From Octopus sinensis (Eukaryota), in assembly GCF_006345805.1 (NCBI RefSeq), contig NC_042999.1, positions 67,394,001 through 67,458,000 of the forward strand: a stretch of DNA of 64,000 nt. The letters run 5' to 3'. This document shows, one piece after another, positions 25,851-39,350 of the stretch. The notes below the pieces were generated by a model. The model was given only the letters and a program-made list of their open reading frames with translations, did not search any database and was not told the DNA's origin. The position numbers and the translations under genes are program-made. How positions within the stretch are numbered: position 1 is the first letter of the stretch; the number at the start of each line of letters is the position of its first letter.

Positions 25851-26429
25851 TTGATTCCTGACAGAGACTCATAGACTAAACTTAGCTCATCTGACGGCAG
25901 GGTCTCTCAGTGTCTTTGATTCCTGGCAGAGATTCATAGACGAAACTTAGCTCATCTGAAGGCAGGGTCTCTCAGTGTCTTTGATTCCTGGCAGAGATTC
26001 ATAGACGAAACTTAGCTCATCTGAAGGCAGGGTCTCTCAGTGTCTTTGATTCTGGCAGAGATTCATAGACGAAACTTAGCTCATCTGAAGCAGGGTCTCT
26101 CAGTGTCTTGATTCCTGGCAGAGATTCATAGACGAAACTTAGCTCATCTGAAGGCAGGGTCTCTCAGTGTCTTTGATTCCTGGCAGAGATTCATAGACGA
26201 AACTTAGCTCATCTGAAGGCAGGGTCTCTCAGTGTCTTTGATTCCTGGCAGAGATTCATAGACGAAACTTAGCTCATCTGAAGGCAGGGTCTCTCAGTGT
26301 CTTTGATTCCTGGCAGAGATTCATAGACGAGACTTAGCTCATCTGAAGGCAGGGTCTCTCAGTGTCATTGATTCCTGACAGAGACTCATAGACTAAACTT
26401 AGCTCATCTGAAGGCAGGGTCTCTCAGTG
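25851..26429. repeat. 65-bp minisatellite, 9 copies
   Basis: Units start at 25851, 25916, 25981, 26046, 26108, 26173, 26238, 26303 and 26368. Consensus TTGATTCCTGGCAGAGATTCATAGACGAAACTTAGCTCATCTGAAGGCAGGGTCTCTCAGTGTCT. Confidence 0.97.
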
Positions 26430-26937
26430 CAAATAGTCTGATCTAGTGAAAATCTTGCGTTTTGAACTCATTGAATTACTCGAGTAAAACTGCCTGCAAG
26501 CTGTGAGGAATGTAGAGTAATTTTTATCCAACCGGTCGATGATGAAGATTTATCCTCCAAATTCTAAGGTCAATTTCAGATCAAACAATTTAGATACTGC
26601 TGATTTGTATTGATATCATCGTCGTCGTTGTTGTCATCATCATCATCAACAGCTCCTGGACGCTATTGTCTGGAATCCTAGGATTCATAGAGCCGGTTAC
26701 CCGATTTCCATGGCGTATAAGAGACCGAAGTCACAGCATCACCCTTGGACGAGACGCTAATCTTTCGCAGGATTACTTATTTACAGCTGAGTGAACTGGG
26801 GCAACGTGAAATGAAGTTCTTAGTTCAAGAACACAACGCACCGTCCAGTCCGGGAATCGAAACTCTGAACACTAGGCCGAAAATCTTAATGTTAAGGGCA
26901 TTGTTCTTTGATTCGCGGTAAAATAGTAAAACTAGAG

Positions 26938-27229
26938 CAGGGGTCGGTGAACCGGGATGATTGGCCCCAAGTGGTAATTAAGACGCATTAGATATAAGTA
27001 AAATTTATAAAGTTTCTAGAAAAATCCTTTTGTTTCATTATGAGGATATTAATTTATTTTATCGCATTTGTTTTATACTTTTTTATATTTCATTTTCCAT
27101 GTAAATAGATTCAATAAACCTTTTGAATCCAAAGAATCTATGATTTTCTTCCTTTCAAATCAAGGGGGTAACGTCGGCATAAATAAATATATTTGGGGGT
27201 AATTGGTTAAAAAAGTTCCCCAACCCCTG
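26938..27229. mobile_element. hAT-type MITE
   Basis: TIRs CAGGGGTCGGTGAAC and GTTCCCCAACCCCTG; perfect 8-bp TSD AACTAGAG at 26930-26937 and 27230-27237. Confidence 0.88.
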
Positions 27230-28169
27230 AACTAGAGAATTGCCGTTGTATAACTTGTGTTAATAAAACTCGTCACAGGGATTGCCATTTTTTATGCCGC
27301 ATTCTTTTTATCTGCTATAGCTATGCAATACGTTGATAAGTGATTTTGAACTTGATTTATTATATAAAAACTCATATCATTTGTATAAAAACCGGCCGTC
27401 TTTGTAATTTTCTGGCCGAATCTTTCCAGGGCTGTTTACAAAACACTGACGTCGCCGTCATTGTATTTCTATTAAGTTGTGCGACCAGGTACAGTTTCCC
27501 TTGTTGGCACGTAACAGGTAGATGGTGTGTGAGATTGAGAAAGAGATAGAAGACATGAAAGAAAGGGGACAGTAAGGGAGAATGAAGAGAAGAGTAGAAC
27601 GACATTAAAATATATCACAGGATTTGGAAGGGGAGAAATAAACACAAAAATAGTTCTACATAATGTAAGGGTTTTTTTTTGTGGGGCTTTTTTCTTCTTT
27701 TCATAGTTTGTCTATTTATGTGTGGTATAGGTGTAATGTGTGATCAAAACATCAATTCAACAGAAGAAGGTGCAGTAGTAGGAGGAGTTTCTCTACCGAG
27801 TTATTGGACATTCATTAAAAAGTCGTCCGGACTTAATTTCTAACTATACAATCTAGTTACTGTTGCGTGCAAATGTGTAACCGCCGTTTCTGTAGGTCTC
27901 TCTTTAACAAAGAGTGAATGCAACGGCCATTCAGTCAGTGTAAAAAGTTTATCAATCGAAACACGAAAGACTAAATCATTATGAGAAATAAACAGTGCGT
28001 TGGTGCGTGTCATCTATAGGATCACAGGAAGGGGAAGGGACACAAGGGTTTCATACGGGTGGTAGAGACGAGAGGGAGGCGGGAGAAGATATCGTTGTAA
28101 AGAAATCTTTGTGGAGGAGCAAATGCCGTAGAACATTTATGAAAGCTGCTCCTAATCAGCTGAATCCAT

Positions 28170-28620
28170 GGCCTAGTTTCCATTCGAGTCCTCGTTTCGA
28201 ATCCCGGTTCCTCATTTCGATTCTCTGGGTCGTGTTTCCATTTCTTACATCTCGTTTCGTTTCCTTGGTTCCCGAACCGTTTTCCTGGATTCCGTTTCAT
28301 TATCCAGGGTCTCGTTTCGCTTACTTGGATCTAGTTTAGTTTTCCTAATTTTTCGGTTCATTTTCCAGGATCATATTTCGTTTTCTGGTTCTGGTTTCGT
28401 TTCCCTGAATTTCGTTTTCTTTCCCTAGTTTTCGCTTTGTTTCCCTGGATCTTGTTTCGTTTCCCTGGTTTTCACCGCGTTTTCTTGGATCTTGTTTCGT
28501 TTCCCTGGATCACATTTTGTTTCCGTAGTTTTTGCTTCGTTTCCCTGGATCCCGTTTCGTTTCCTTGGTTCTCGTTTCGTTTCCCTGGTCATCGTTTCGA
28601 CTCTTTCGTTCTCATTTCTA
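28170..28620. repeat. Degenerate approx. 20-bp minisatellite (TCGTTTCGTTTCCCTGGATC-like)
   Basis: Recurrent CGTTTCC(C/T)TGG(A/T)T units. Confidence 0.75.
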
Positions 28621-29054
28621 GTTGTTGCTATATTACTACATTTTCGCATTTAAAGTTATTTGGAAAGGCATGAATATTATAAAATCTTCGAATTTTTTTA
28701 GCTCCTGTGATAGAAAAGCTTATGTATCCTGCTTCTGGAATTATCTTTCTTCTTTCAACCAGGTTTATTTTCTAGACATTGATATATAGGGTTTAAACTA
28801 ATCATTGATCTTATTGCTTTTATTAATCTCACCAGTCTGATATGTTCTGCAAAAGCTTGAGGTGTTGTCTCACCTTTTCTCACTCAAGAGAGAGAATCTC
28901 TTCCTTAAAATCATACCCTTATGTCAGTTAAGAACTCCCTGGACAAAATTGTTATTAATACCTCTAAAAACAGGGGATTGTCACTGCTGGAAGGCCTTTG
29001 ATCAAGTAGTTTCGGCGAGAGAATGGGTGGTTGGGAACATATGATGATACTGAC

Positions 29055-29746
29055 CCCAATGCTTGACTGGTTTTTATCTTACCGACATCTTCGTTTAACT
29101 TCTTTGTTGATCTTTTTGTATTCTTCTAAATCAAAACCGAAGATTCTTGCTTTTCACCTTTTTTTTTTCAACTAGATCCATTGTTGCTACAGATAGCAAT
29201 GGTTGCTTTTTGGTAAGTGTATTTCGGCAGATTCCAAGAATTTCATTTTCATCAATTGCCACACATCCTCTGGGCTCTTCCTTTCTTGCATCTCGAGTAA
29301 CGTTTCGATTCTGTTGCAGATATCTACCGTATATTCTTTACTGAGATTTTCAAGATCTTATCATAGTGTTAGAGGATTCCTTTTCGTGTTTTTCATTCGT
29401 ATACTCCATGTAGCCATACGAAGAAGGTACTCAGAGTCGCAGTCGTCGTAGGCTCAGCAGTTTGTGGTGTTTGATTTCCTTCTTTATTGAACAAGAATAA
29501 ATCTGGATCGTTGTCATTCAGTAGAGATCTCATCAGGAGATCTTGGATAGACTCTTTCTCATCATTTTGTGAGTCTCCATCCAGCATGAGATTCCCATCA
29601 GATGAAAGCATAATGCTACTTCTGAATTTCTCATGGTGTTTTCTTAGCAGAGATATTGAGAGAGGTTTGTCATTGCTTTCCCAAAAAGGATGGCCGTTTC
29701 CCACAAGGAGCTCATCCGCCCTTCGACAGGTCTTGTTTTTCGTCAT
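29055..29746 (-). mobile_element. RTE-clade LINE fragment (endonuclease end plus linker), degenerate
   Basis: Minus strand FILVQ*RRKSNTTNC*AYDDCDSEYLLRMATWSIRMK, matching APE C-terminal DYIL and D-SDH motifs, then KEYTVDICNRIETLLEMQERKSPEDVWQLMK. Confidence 0.65.
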
Positions 29747-29764
29747 GCTGGGTGAAGAGAACTT

Positions 29765-30095
29765 AATTAATGCGTTTGAGATGTTGATGTATAGGAGAAT
29801 GTTCTGAGTCTCTTACAAGAATCATTTGACAACCGAATGGAGGTTACAACAAGTAGGTGAAAGACGACAACTCCTGATCATTGTGAAAACACAAAATCTC
29901 GTTTATTATGGCCATCTCGAAGAAGCAGAGGTTTGGAAAACATTATCATGGAAGGAAGAGTAGAGAGCAGTAGTTCAAAAGGTTGGCAGAGAACGCAATG
30001 TGGGGACAATATCAAGAACTGATTGGACAAGAGCTGTAAGGACTTTTGTTGTAGTATTATCAATGCGCTGCAGGTGCACGATGCATGATGATGAT
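29765..30095 (+). mobile_element. RTE-clade LINE 3' end
   Basis: INAFEMLMYRRMF*VSYKNHLTTEWRLQQVGERRQLLIIVK..YYGHL, followed by a (GAT)n tail. Confidence 0.75.
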
Positions 30096-30453
30096 TTGAT
30101 TGGTAGTTCATTATACTGAACTCAATAGCAATAAATCAAAGTCGACATCGGCGAGATCTGAACTCACAATTAAAAATTGTAGTTAGATTCTGCAAGGTAG
30201 TACACAGTTTCTATTGTTGTCCAGCACCTTACCAATTATGGTAAACACTGCCATCTTCACCGGTAATAATCCTTTGAGAGAGGAGGCTAGTGGATTACAT
30301 TGTCACTAGTGCTTAACTGGTATTTATTTCATCAATCCTGAAAGGATGAAAGACAAACTCGACCTCAACTCCATTTGAACTCAGAACATCAAGAGGGACG
30401 AAATTCCGCTAAGCACTTTGTCCAGGATGTTACCGGTTCTGCCACTCGTCAGT

Positions 30454-30508
<55 letters not shown>

Positions 30509-30537
30509 TGATGATGATGATGATGATGATGATGGTA

Positions 30538-30582
<45 letters not shown>

Positions 30583-30585
30583 TGC

Positions 30586-31095
30586 TCTGATGCAGTACCA
30601 GGCAGTGGCTCTCATGGCTTCTGATCTTAACTGATTGGAAGTGTTATCATGTACATTGTTTTTTCTTGGTCTAAAAGGTGGGCTACAGCAAATATTCTGC
30701 TCAATACCACAGATTTGCTTGTCATTTGTTTGACCTTAACCAGTTGAGTATGTCCCTTAGTGGCTGACGATATGTGCATCTCTGATCACAAGCAGAAGTA
30801 GTGGGGGAGGGCATCATAGCCGTGTGTTGAAAGGAATTCTTGGAGGTTTGGATAATTCACCTTTGGAAACATGGGTGGTTCGCTCAACACCCTTAAACAA
30901 CCCTTATTCAGGGACCTTTTGAGCGGGATGGGCTACTCGACCAGAAGAAAGTTCTAACTGGGCCCCACATGCAAGGTCATGCGCTGTTTATCTTGATATG
31001 AGATCACCATGTCGCGCACATTTGGTTGTGATGCATGTGCCTGGTGTACTCTTATCAGGCGGGTAGTAATGATGGGTATATTGGACTTCATATAT
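30586..31095 (+). mobile_element. Interspersed repeat family F (unclassified SINE/LINE-derived)
   Basis: Reverse-complement copy at 45087-45545; both lie next to (AAT)n tracts. Confidence 0.75.
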
Positions 31096-32987
31096 TTGTA
31101 TAGGTGGCTGCTCTGATACTGGAAAAAAAGGATTTATTTCACACGCCAGGCTCCTTCCCAAGGGAGGATTATAGATTACTTTTTTGGTACCCCGACTTGG
31201 AGATGCAGGGATGCCTGCAGGTCGCAAGAGAATTAATCGGGGACGTGAGGTAAGAGGTTCATGGCCTTATTATGTTTTAAATTGTAATGGACTTCTTAGT
31301 CCAAAAATTGTAAAATATTGTAAATTGTAAGAGGGTTATTACCTCAAGATGTGTCTTACTAAAAGAACAATGTTATAGAGAAGCAGAGGGTCGGCGGGCG
31401 CTTTCTGTCTTCCCATCCTTATCATCTTGTATTATTATCATTCGCCTCATCAATGTCTTGTCCAGGCCGCAAAGTTACCCATCTTTATACTGCCTCTATG
31501 GCAAATGAAATGAAATAAAGTAGCTTGCTAACCTACTTTCTATGAGTCTTTGATGTCAGTGTGCGCATGCGTCATTCTGTTGTGCACTGAAGAAGATAGC
31601 CGGCTGTCTTTAGCCTGCCAAAAGAAGCTGCTGCAAGATAAGGCTTTTCTCTTGGACCCGGTGAGGGTCGTTGTCTGTGCTTATATGTTTTACAAAATGG
31701 GAATCCTCATTGAATTCAGAATGTTGATCTACTTGTGGTTCAGCAATATGGTCCATAGTAAAGGAAGATTTTTTTTCTCATTTTCTGGTGGGCATAGCCT
31801 TCAAATACTTTGTTTTTACAACAACATTTACCATTATTGGAAAACTGTATTTCAAGTGTTCATATGAAGTGAAAATTTTTTCTCATTGTGAGAAATATAG
31901 TTTGGTGACTATCCTGCCACCGAAAGTCGTTTCGTTCGCTGTTTGTAAATAGTGTGTATTTTACGACTACGTTGGAAAGATGTGTTCAAGTGGAGCAGTC
32001 CAGGTTCGAATTGGAATACCATAAGGGCTTGAATGCCCAGAAGATTTTTTTGCTGTGTTTTCTTTTTTTAACTATTATTTTCTTCTTCTATTTTGACTTT
32101 TTATTGAACTGTTTGCTTTTTATTTATTTCTTCTTCCCTTTTGTTTTCGCTCTTTCCTTTTTTGTGAACTATTGCTTTGGACATGGCAAAAAAAAATACG
32201 GATAAGATTGTAGTGTGGGAGATTGTCCCACCGAAGCAGTGGTTAAAAGATATGGAGGAGAGGACGGTGGTGGTCAGAACTTATTCTAAAGTTCTTGATT
32301 CCACCACCGTCTTCCCAAAACCAGTTATAGAAAATGAACTGAAAGACTATTTGTCCTCTGTGAACTACATAATCCCGCGGTGTCAAACATGCAACCCCCA
32401 CAGGATTTGAACTCAAGTGTAAAAAGCCGCAATTAAATGCCGGCCCTATAGCAAAATAATGACTACTTTTCATTAGGTACACAACTGGCCTTTCATCAGT
32501 GAGACTGCAGTGGTGAATAACCAGGCCTTACTCTGTCATCTTATTAAATGCTTAGTTATTCAACCAGACAAATATGAAAAGTGGAACAGACAGAACTCTG
32601 GCAACAAGGAGCACTTCGTTAAATATCAATACAGAGATAGTCGATGGTCCCAATAATGATTTATTCAAATTATTTAAAACTAATTAGAGAGCAATTAGAT
32701 CTGGAACACAGTAAAAAAAAGAAAAGTGTATTTGTATTTATGCGTATGTGTGCGCCGTGTTGATAGTCTACGTTCTATGTAGCAGATAGAAACGATAACC
32801 TAGATTTTGACGTATTGAGCAAGCAGGCGATGAAAAGGACGATAAAAGGCATGTGTTGTATGAGTGTATGTGTGATTATATATGTGCGTGTGTGTGAGCG
32901 CATATGTATATGTATACACATACACATGCGCGCATACACACACACATATAAACGATACACATATACACATACTAAACACCTGCCTAT

Positions 32988-33047
<60 letters not shown>

Positions 33048-33395
33048 TTACATAAATATGTGAATTTATAGATTCATCTATATACATACACATCCGTTCA
33101 CTCATTCATTCATTCATACATACATAGGTAATATGTCTGCCAACAAGTGGCATGCACGCTTATACATACACACACACGCACATATATACTACTATACTAA
33201 GACACACAAACACACATATATATATGAATATATATATATATATGAATATATATATATATATATATATATGAATATATATATATATATATAATATATATAT
33301 AATATATATATACATATGTATAGAAATACACACACACATATATATAGACACACACACACACATATATATATAAAATATACATATATATATATAGA

Positions 33396-33426
<31 letters not shown>

Positions 33427-33957
33427 CATACATACACATTTTATTTGTTTGCATAACTTAATGAGTGTATATAAAATATACAAATATGAATACGTACACA
33501 TATGTGTATATATGTCGTACGTGTGTGTGTGTCTGCGTGTGCACGTGTGTGCGTTTGTATTCATGCGAAAATGTGTGAGCAAGCGCAAATGCTAGCTACA
33601 ATAAAGTAAAGAAACAAGTGTTACCTGCTTCAACGAAGGAAATAGGTGTGTTTCGAAAGAGAATGAGAGAGAGACAGAGAAATTAAGAGAGACAGAGACA
33701 GAGAAAAAGAGAGTGAAAGGGAAAGAAGTAACATATTTTACACGGTAAAGGTTAGTTGAGGCGTGTCTTCCAGCACGTGGCGCACACACTTGAACCGGTG
33801 AAGCGGAAGAAGTTGTTTCTTTTAAAAAAGCAAAATGAATTAGTAAAATGTAACACTCTGTGTAACAGTGGGCGGAACCACCTCTCGCATTGCGCGTGTA
33901 CGTCTGTGTGTGTGTGTACACACATATCTATAGGTATATATATGTATGTATATATAT

Positions 33958-34000
<43 letters not shown>

Positions 34001-34198
34001 AATATATATATACATACTTACATATATAGTAAATCCAAAGAAAGAACAAACGCACAAAAAAAAAAACAACGCAAGGATGTGGTACACGTAATTAAAGTAT
34101 TAGCAGACATTCAGGGAAGTAAAGAAAGATGGTTTAGTCCAATAGAAAGGAAGACGGAGGAAGAATATCGCCAATGATTCACATGTAGTTACATTTTG

Positions 34199-34938
<740 letters not shown>

Positions 34939-35038
34939 GTAGAGAGAGTTCAAATTTACAGAAAACCAAAAGAGAAAAGACATATGTACGAACAGCCAGC
35001 AGGTATATTAGTTTGACGCTCGGGATAAATCGAAAAGT

Positions 35039-35074
35039 CTTTTACGTTTCGAACCTAGACTCTTCGATAGAAAG
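35039..35074 (-). ncRNA. Hammerhead-like motif with variant core
   Basis: Minus strand CTTT-CTATCGA-A-GAG-tctagg-TTC-GAAAC-GTA-AAAG. Stems I and II pair; the core has 2 mismatches to CUGANGA. Confidence 0.45.
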
Positions 35075-35105
35075 GAATAAGAGGGGCGGGGGGATATATA
35101 TGTAT

Positions 35106-35392
35106 GAGGCGCAATGGCCCAGTGGTTAGGGCAGCGAATTCGCGGTCGTAGGATCGCGGTTTCGATTCCCAGACCGGGCGTTGTGAGTGTTTATTGAGCG
35201 AAAACACCTAATACTCCACAAGGCTCCGGCAGGAGGTGGTGGCGATCCCTGCTGTATTCTTTCGCCACAACTTTCTCTTACTCTTTCTTCTGTTGCGGAG
35301 TGGCGTCATTTGAAGGTTAAAACAATGCGAAGCGCATTGTGACCAGCGATGTGTAACAACATCTGATAGCCTGGTCGGTCACGGTGATCACG

Positions 35393-35397
<5 letters not shown>
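35106..35397 (+). mobile_element. tRNA-derived SINE family D, short-tail variant
   Basis: Same head as 10784-11156 but a different 3' tail, ending GGTGATCACGGTGAT(AT)n. Confidence 0.85.
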
Positions 35398-35427
<30 letters not shown>

Positions 35428-36559
35428 GAAACTAATACACACGCACACACACTCATATTGCAGCAAGACGAAATTAAATAAAATAAAGATTTATGAAATG
35501 TGGGGCTGCTAGATAAATGTAAGGTGTTGTTGCATCTGTTGTCGAGCTCAAGGTTAGCCGCAACTAAGAAAACCTATAATCAAGGGCGTCTTTTTGTCTT
35601 TTATCATTCCTTTATTTTAATCATTGGCCTGCGTTCATACTGGAGCACTGCCTTGAAAAGTTAAGTCGAACAAATTGACATCTGTGCCAGTTGCTTTTCT
35701 GTTATTTCTGTTTTGTAGGCCCGGTAATTATTCGACCTTTTTCTTTTGCCCAATCACTAAGCTATAGTGATGTACACAAACCAGCATCAGTGTCCGGTTG
35801 TCAAGCCGTGTCGAAGGGAGTACAAATACAAAGTTAAGTACATACACAAACACGCACAATTAGTAGCACTTGCATCTGCAAGTTGTTTGTAATATATATA
35901 TATAATACAGTATACATTAAGGGGTATCAATCATAGGACTCCCTTACGCTAGAAAGAACAACTAAATTTCAAACCACTAATTAAGGATAAATTCTCGAAA
36001 GGAAGGAAAAATAAAAACGGGTCAGTACCCAGAAACTGCAGTCCGTGCGTATTACTTAGGTTGACGAGGGAAGGATGACCTCCTTTTGCAAATACCGATA
36101 GGGCACAGAAAGTGTGTCAATAGCCAGCTGGAGAAGATGTTCCCCTGGGGCTACAAGCTACAGTAACATCCACCCTTAGTGGTTAGCCATATTTAGATGG
36201 CAAATATACTTTACATTGTCGTGCAGTTACTGTTTATACCTCGTTCAAAAAAATAAAAACATTTACCATCTATTTCCTGGACCATGGTTTCTGACTTATT
36301 TTAGCAAATAAAACAATTTGCTAGGCGAAGTCTTCGTCAACAGGTACGCCAAGATTAAACATATAAACACGAGGCCAATCCAGCATGTGCCTCTTGCTTA
36401 TACATTTCAATTTTTTCAATACCACCGCGCAAGCGCAGTTTTTTCTCGGCAGCAAAAAATGCCGGCAATTTCTTCGAACGAATTTTCCAGAAATCATTAT
36501 ACATAGTTAATAATATCAGGGTAGTAAAAATTTCTATAATCTTTATTACCCTGATATTA

Positions 36560-36605
<46 letters not shown>

Positions 36606-36756
36606 GCAGTTTTCGCCAGCCAAATTCACTCTCAAGGCATTGGTGACACTTGCCTAAGATTCCGCGCTGTGGGACTGAACTTGAAACCATTTGGTTGTAA
36701 AGGAAAGCTTCTTAACCACACAGCCCTCCATATATATCTCTTTAAATTTTTATACA

Positions 36757-37145
36757 GGCGCAGGAGTGGCTTTGTGGTAATAAGTTTGCTTCCTAACCAC
36801 ATAGTTCCGGGTTCCGTCCCACTGCGTGGCACCTTGGGCAAGTGTTTTCTACTATAGCCTCGGGCCGATCAAAGTCGTCTGAGTGGATTTGGTAGACGGA
36901 AACTGAAAGAAGCCCGTCTTATATATATATATAAATATATCTGTATGTGTCTGTTTGTCCCCCTCCATCGCTTGACAACCGATGCTGGTGTGTTTACGTC
37001 CCCGTAACATAGCGGTTCGGCAAAAAAGACCGGTAGACTAAGTACTAGGCTTACAAAGAATAAGTCCTGGAATCGATTTGTTCGACTAAAGCTGGTGCTC
37101 CAGCATGGCCGCAGTCAGATGACTGAAACAAGTAAAAGAATAAGT
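36757..37145 (+). mobile_element. SINE family B, near complete, head-to-head with a degenerate minus copy at about 36600-36730
   Basis: Head GGAGTGGCTTTGTGGTAA..GGTTCCGTCCC, CORE-like GGCACCTTGGGCAAGTG, tail ..GACTGAAACAAGTAAAAGA. Confidence 0.85.
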
Positions 37146-37377
37146 GAATATGATATATCATGAACATTCTCAAATGCATCCTTCGTTTCTTTTTTATGGC
37201 AGCAGGGAGTGATTTGACGGTGTGTGATTCGAAATATCCATTTAGAGGTGAGGTGTGATTTGTGGCTATTTAACTGCTATTTCTAACAGTTGGAACATCT
37301 GCATAGGCGCTCCTTTGTTGGCTTTTAAGGACTATTTCTTAAGAATGTTGCAACGGTATCTGATCTTAATGATATGA

Positions 37378-37610
37378 GAAGGCGGCGAGCTGGCAGAAGC
37401 GTTAGCACGCCGGGCGAAATGCGTAGCCGTATTTCGTCTTCCGCTACGTTGTGAGCTCAAATTCCGCCGAGGTCGACTTTGCCTTTCATCCTTTCGGGGT
37501 CGATAAATTAAGTACCAGTCACGCACTGGGTCGATGTAATCGACTTAATCCGTTTGTCTGTCCTTGTTTGTCTTCTCTGTGTTTAGCCCCTTGTGGATAG
37601 TAAAGAAATA
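37378..37610 (+). mobile_element. SINE family A monomer with 23-bp TSD
   Basis: TSD GGTATCTGATCTTAATGATATGA at 37355-37377 and 37611-37633. Confidence 0.9.
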
Positions 37611-38499
37611 GGTATCTGATCTTAATGATATGATAGGTGGGTGTTGTGTAGGCCCATGTCAACCCTCATCGAGTAGTTGTGTTTGAAATGATATTTAGGA
37701 CTTCACTATCTAATGTGTTTTCTCCCCATTTTAGATAGTAAGGCACAATTTCAGGGGAATTGGCTACTGTTTTTAGCAGATCTAGGAACTATGTGGAGCA
37801 GTGATACTCCTTGCCAAACCTTAAGCATGTCGCAATGGTGTCTAATACGAGATGTTTTTGTCATGTAGGCCCAGGTCATCTCTGGTCCAGTAGACCTTTA
37901 ATGAAACCTTTAATAAAAGTCATTCCATCTGTGACAACCCCCCCTTTTAAATGATGTCTAAGATTTCATTATCTAATGTGTCCTCTCCCTACTTTAGATC
38001 GTAGAGCACAATTAGGGTGTATTTGGCTACTCTCAGAAGCATTAGTACCCATTGCCAGCCTTCCACTAACAAAAACCCTTCCGTTTAAATAGATTTTCTC
38101 TGGAGTCCCAGATGCTTGAAATGTTCGTTTAGTCGGAAAATTTAGTTTACGGGTCCGTATTTTTTACATTTTAAGACCTCGCCTTCGCCACTTTGGCTTG
38201 TTCCCGGGACCCATAGGGGTTAGAGGCCGAATGCCAGTCTATGAATGCTATGGTTTATAGTCAATAAATAAATTTAGAGGCCCTAGTATATTGCTTTGAC
38301 TAAAGCGGAAGTTCCGGTAATATTATTATAACAGCTCTGCTCCCATGTGTCCGCGTGCTTCAGGCTGGGAACCGCTGATGTAAAAACTCGCTTCGTGGTT
38401 CAGAGAAGAGTAGATATGCTAGACAAGGTATGTGTAAGCAAGATTTAAAACAGGAGAAGGCCTCAGGGATATATAAATATGTTAGTTTTGAATTTTGGT

Positions 38500-39350
38500 A
38501 CAAGGCAGCAGTTTCGGAAGAGGAGTAAGTCGATTACATCTACCCCAGTACTCAACTGGTACTTATTTTATCGACCCCGAAGCGAAAAAAGAAAAAGAAG
38601 CAAAGTTGACCTCGGCGGAATTTGAACGCAGATCACAAAGTCGGACGAAATGTCGCTAAGCAATTTGGCGTTCTAATGAGTCTGCTAGCTCACTGCCTTA
38701 TACACAGCAGCAATAATAATGATTTCAAATTCTGGTAGAAGGCCAGTAATTTCGATGAAGGGAATAAGTCGATTACATCAGCCCCAGTGCTCAACTGGTA
38801 CTGCTTTTATCGATCTAGTAAGGATGAAAGGCATTTGAACTCAGATTGTAAAGACGGACGAAACACCGCTAAGCATTTTTCCCGGCGTGCTAACGATTCT
38901 TCCAGCTCGTCGCCTTATGTGGGGTACGTTAATATATATTTCTTTACTGCCCACAAGGGGCTAAACATAGAGGGGACAAACAAGGACAGACAAAGGGATT
39001 AAGCCGATTACATCGACCCCAGTGCGTAACTGGTACTTAATTTATCGACCCCGAAAGGATGAAAGGCAAAGTCGACTTCGGCGGAATTTGAACTCAGAAC
39101 GTAAATACAGACGAAATACCTATTTCTTTACATCCACAAGGGGCTAAACACAGAGGGGACAAACAAGGACAGACAAAGAGATAAGGTCGATTACATCGAC
39201 CCTGTGCGTAACTGGTACTTATTTAATCGACCCCGAAAGGATGAAAGGCAAAGTCGACCTCGGCGGAATTTGAACTCGGAACGTAACGACAGACGAAATA
39301 CCGCAAAGCATTTCGCCCGGCGTGCTAACGTTTCTGCCAGCTCGTTAATA
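38500..39350 (-). mobile_element. Cluster of family A SINEs, including a young dimer at about 38940-39345
   Basis: Repeated reverse-complement cores. Confidence 0.8.

Noticed and set aside
25851-26429. CRISPR array or hammerhead concatemer (unit contains CTGAAGG and CGAAAC)
   Set aside because: No unique spacers and a eukaryotic context. The core is not CUGANGA, and stems I and III cannot be formed.
29393-29746. 117-aa ORF as a host exon
   Set aside because: Neighbouring frames give RTE endonuclease motifs with stops, so it is better explained as a LINE relic.
30760-30810. CTGACGA in repeat family F as a hammerhead
   Set aside because: It is followed by GAAG rather than GAAA, with no complementary stem I.
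32177-32410. Coding-like ORFs here and near 42130-42330
   Set aside because: Short, interrupted and without a recognisable motif; possibly LINE ORF1 debris but unsupported.
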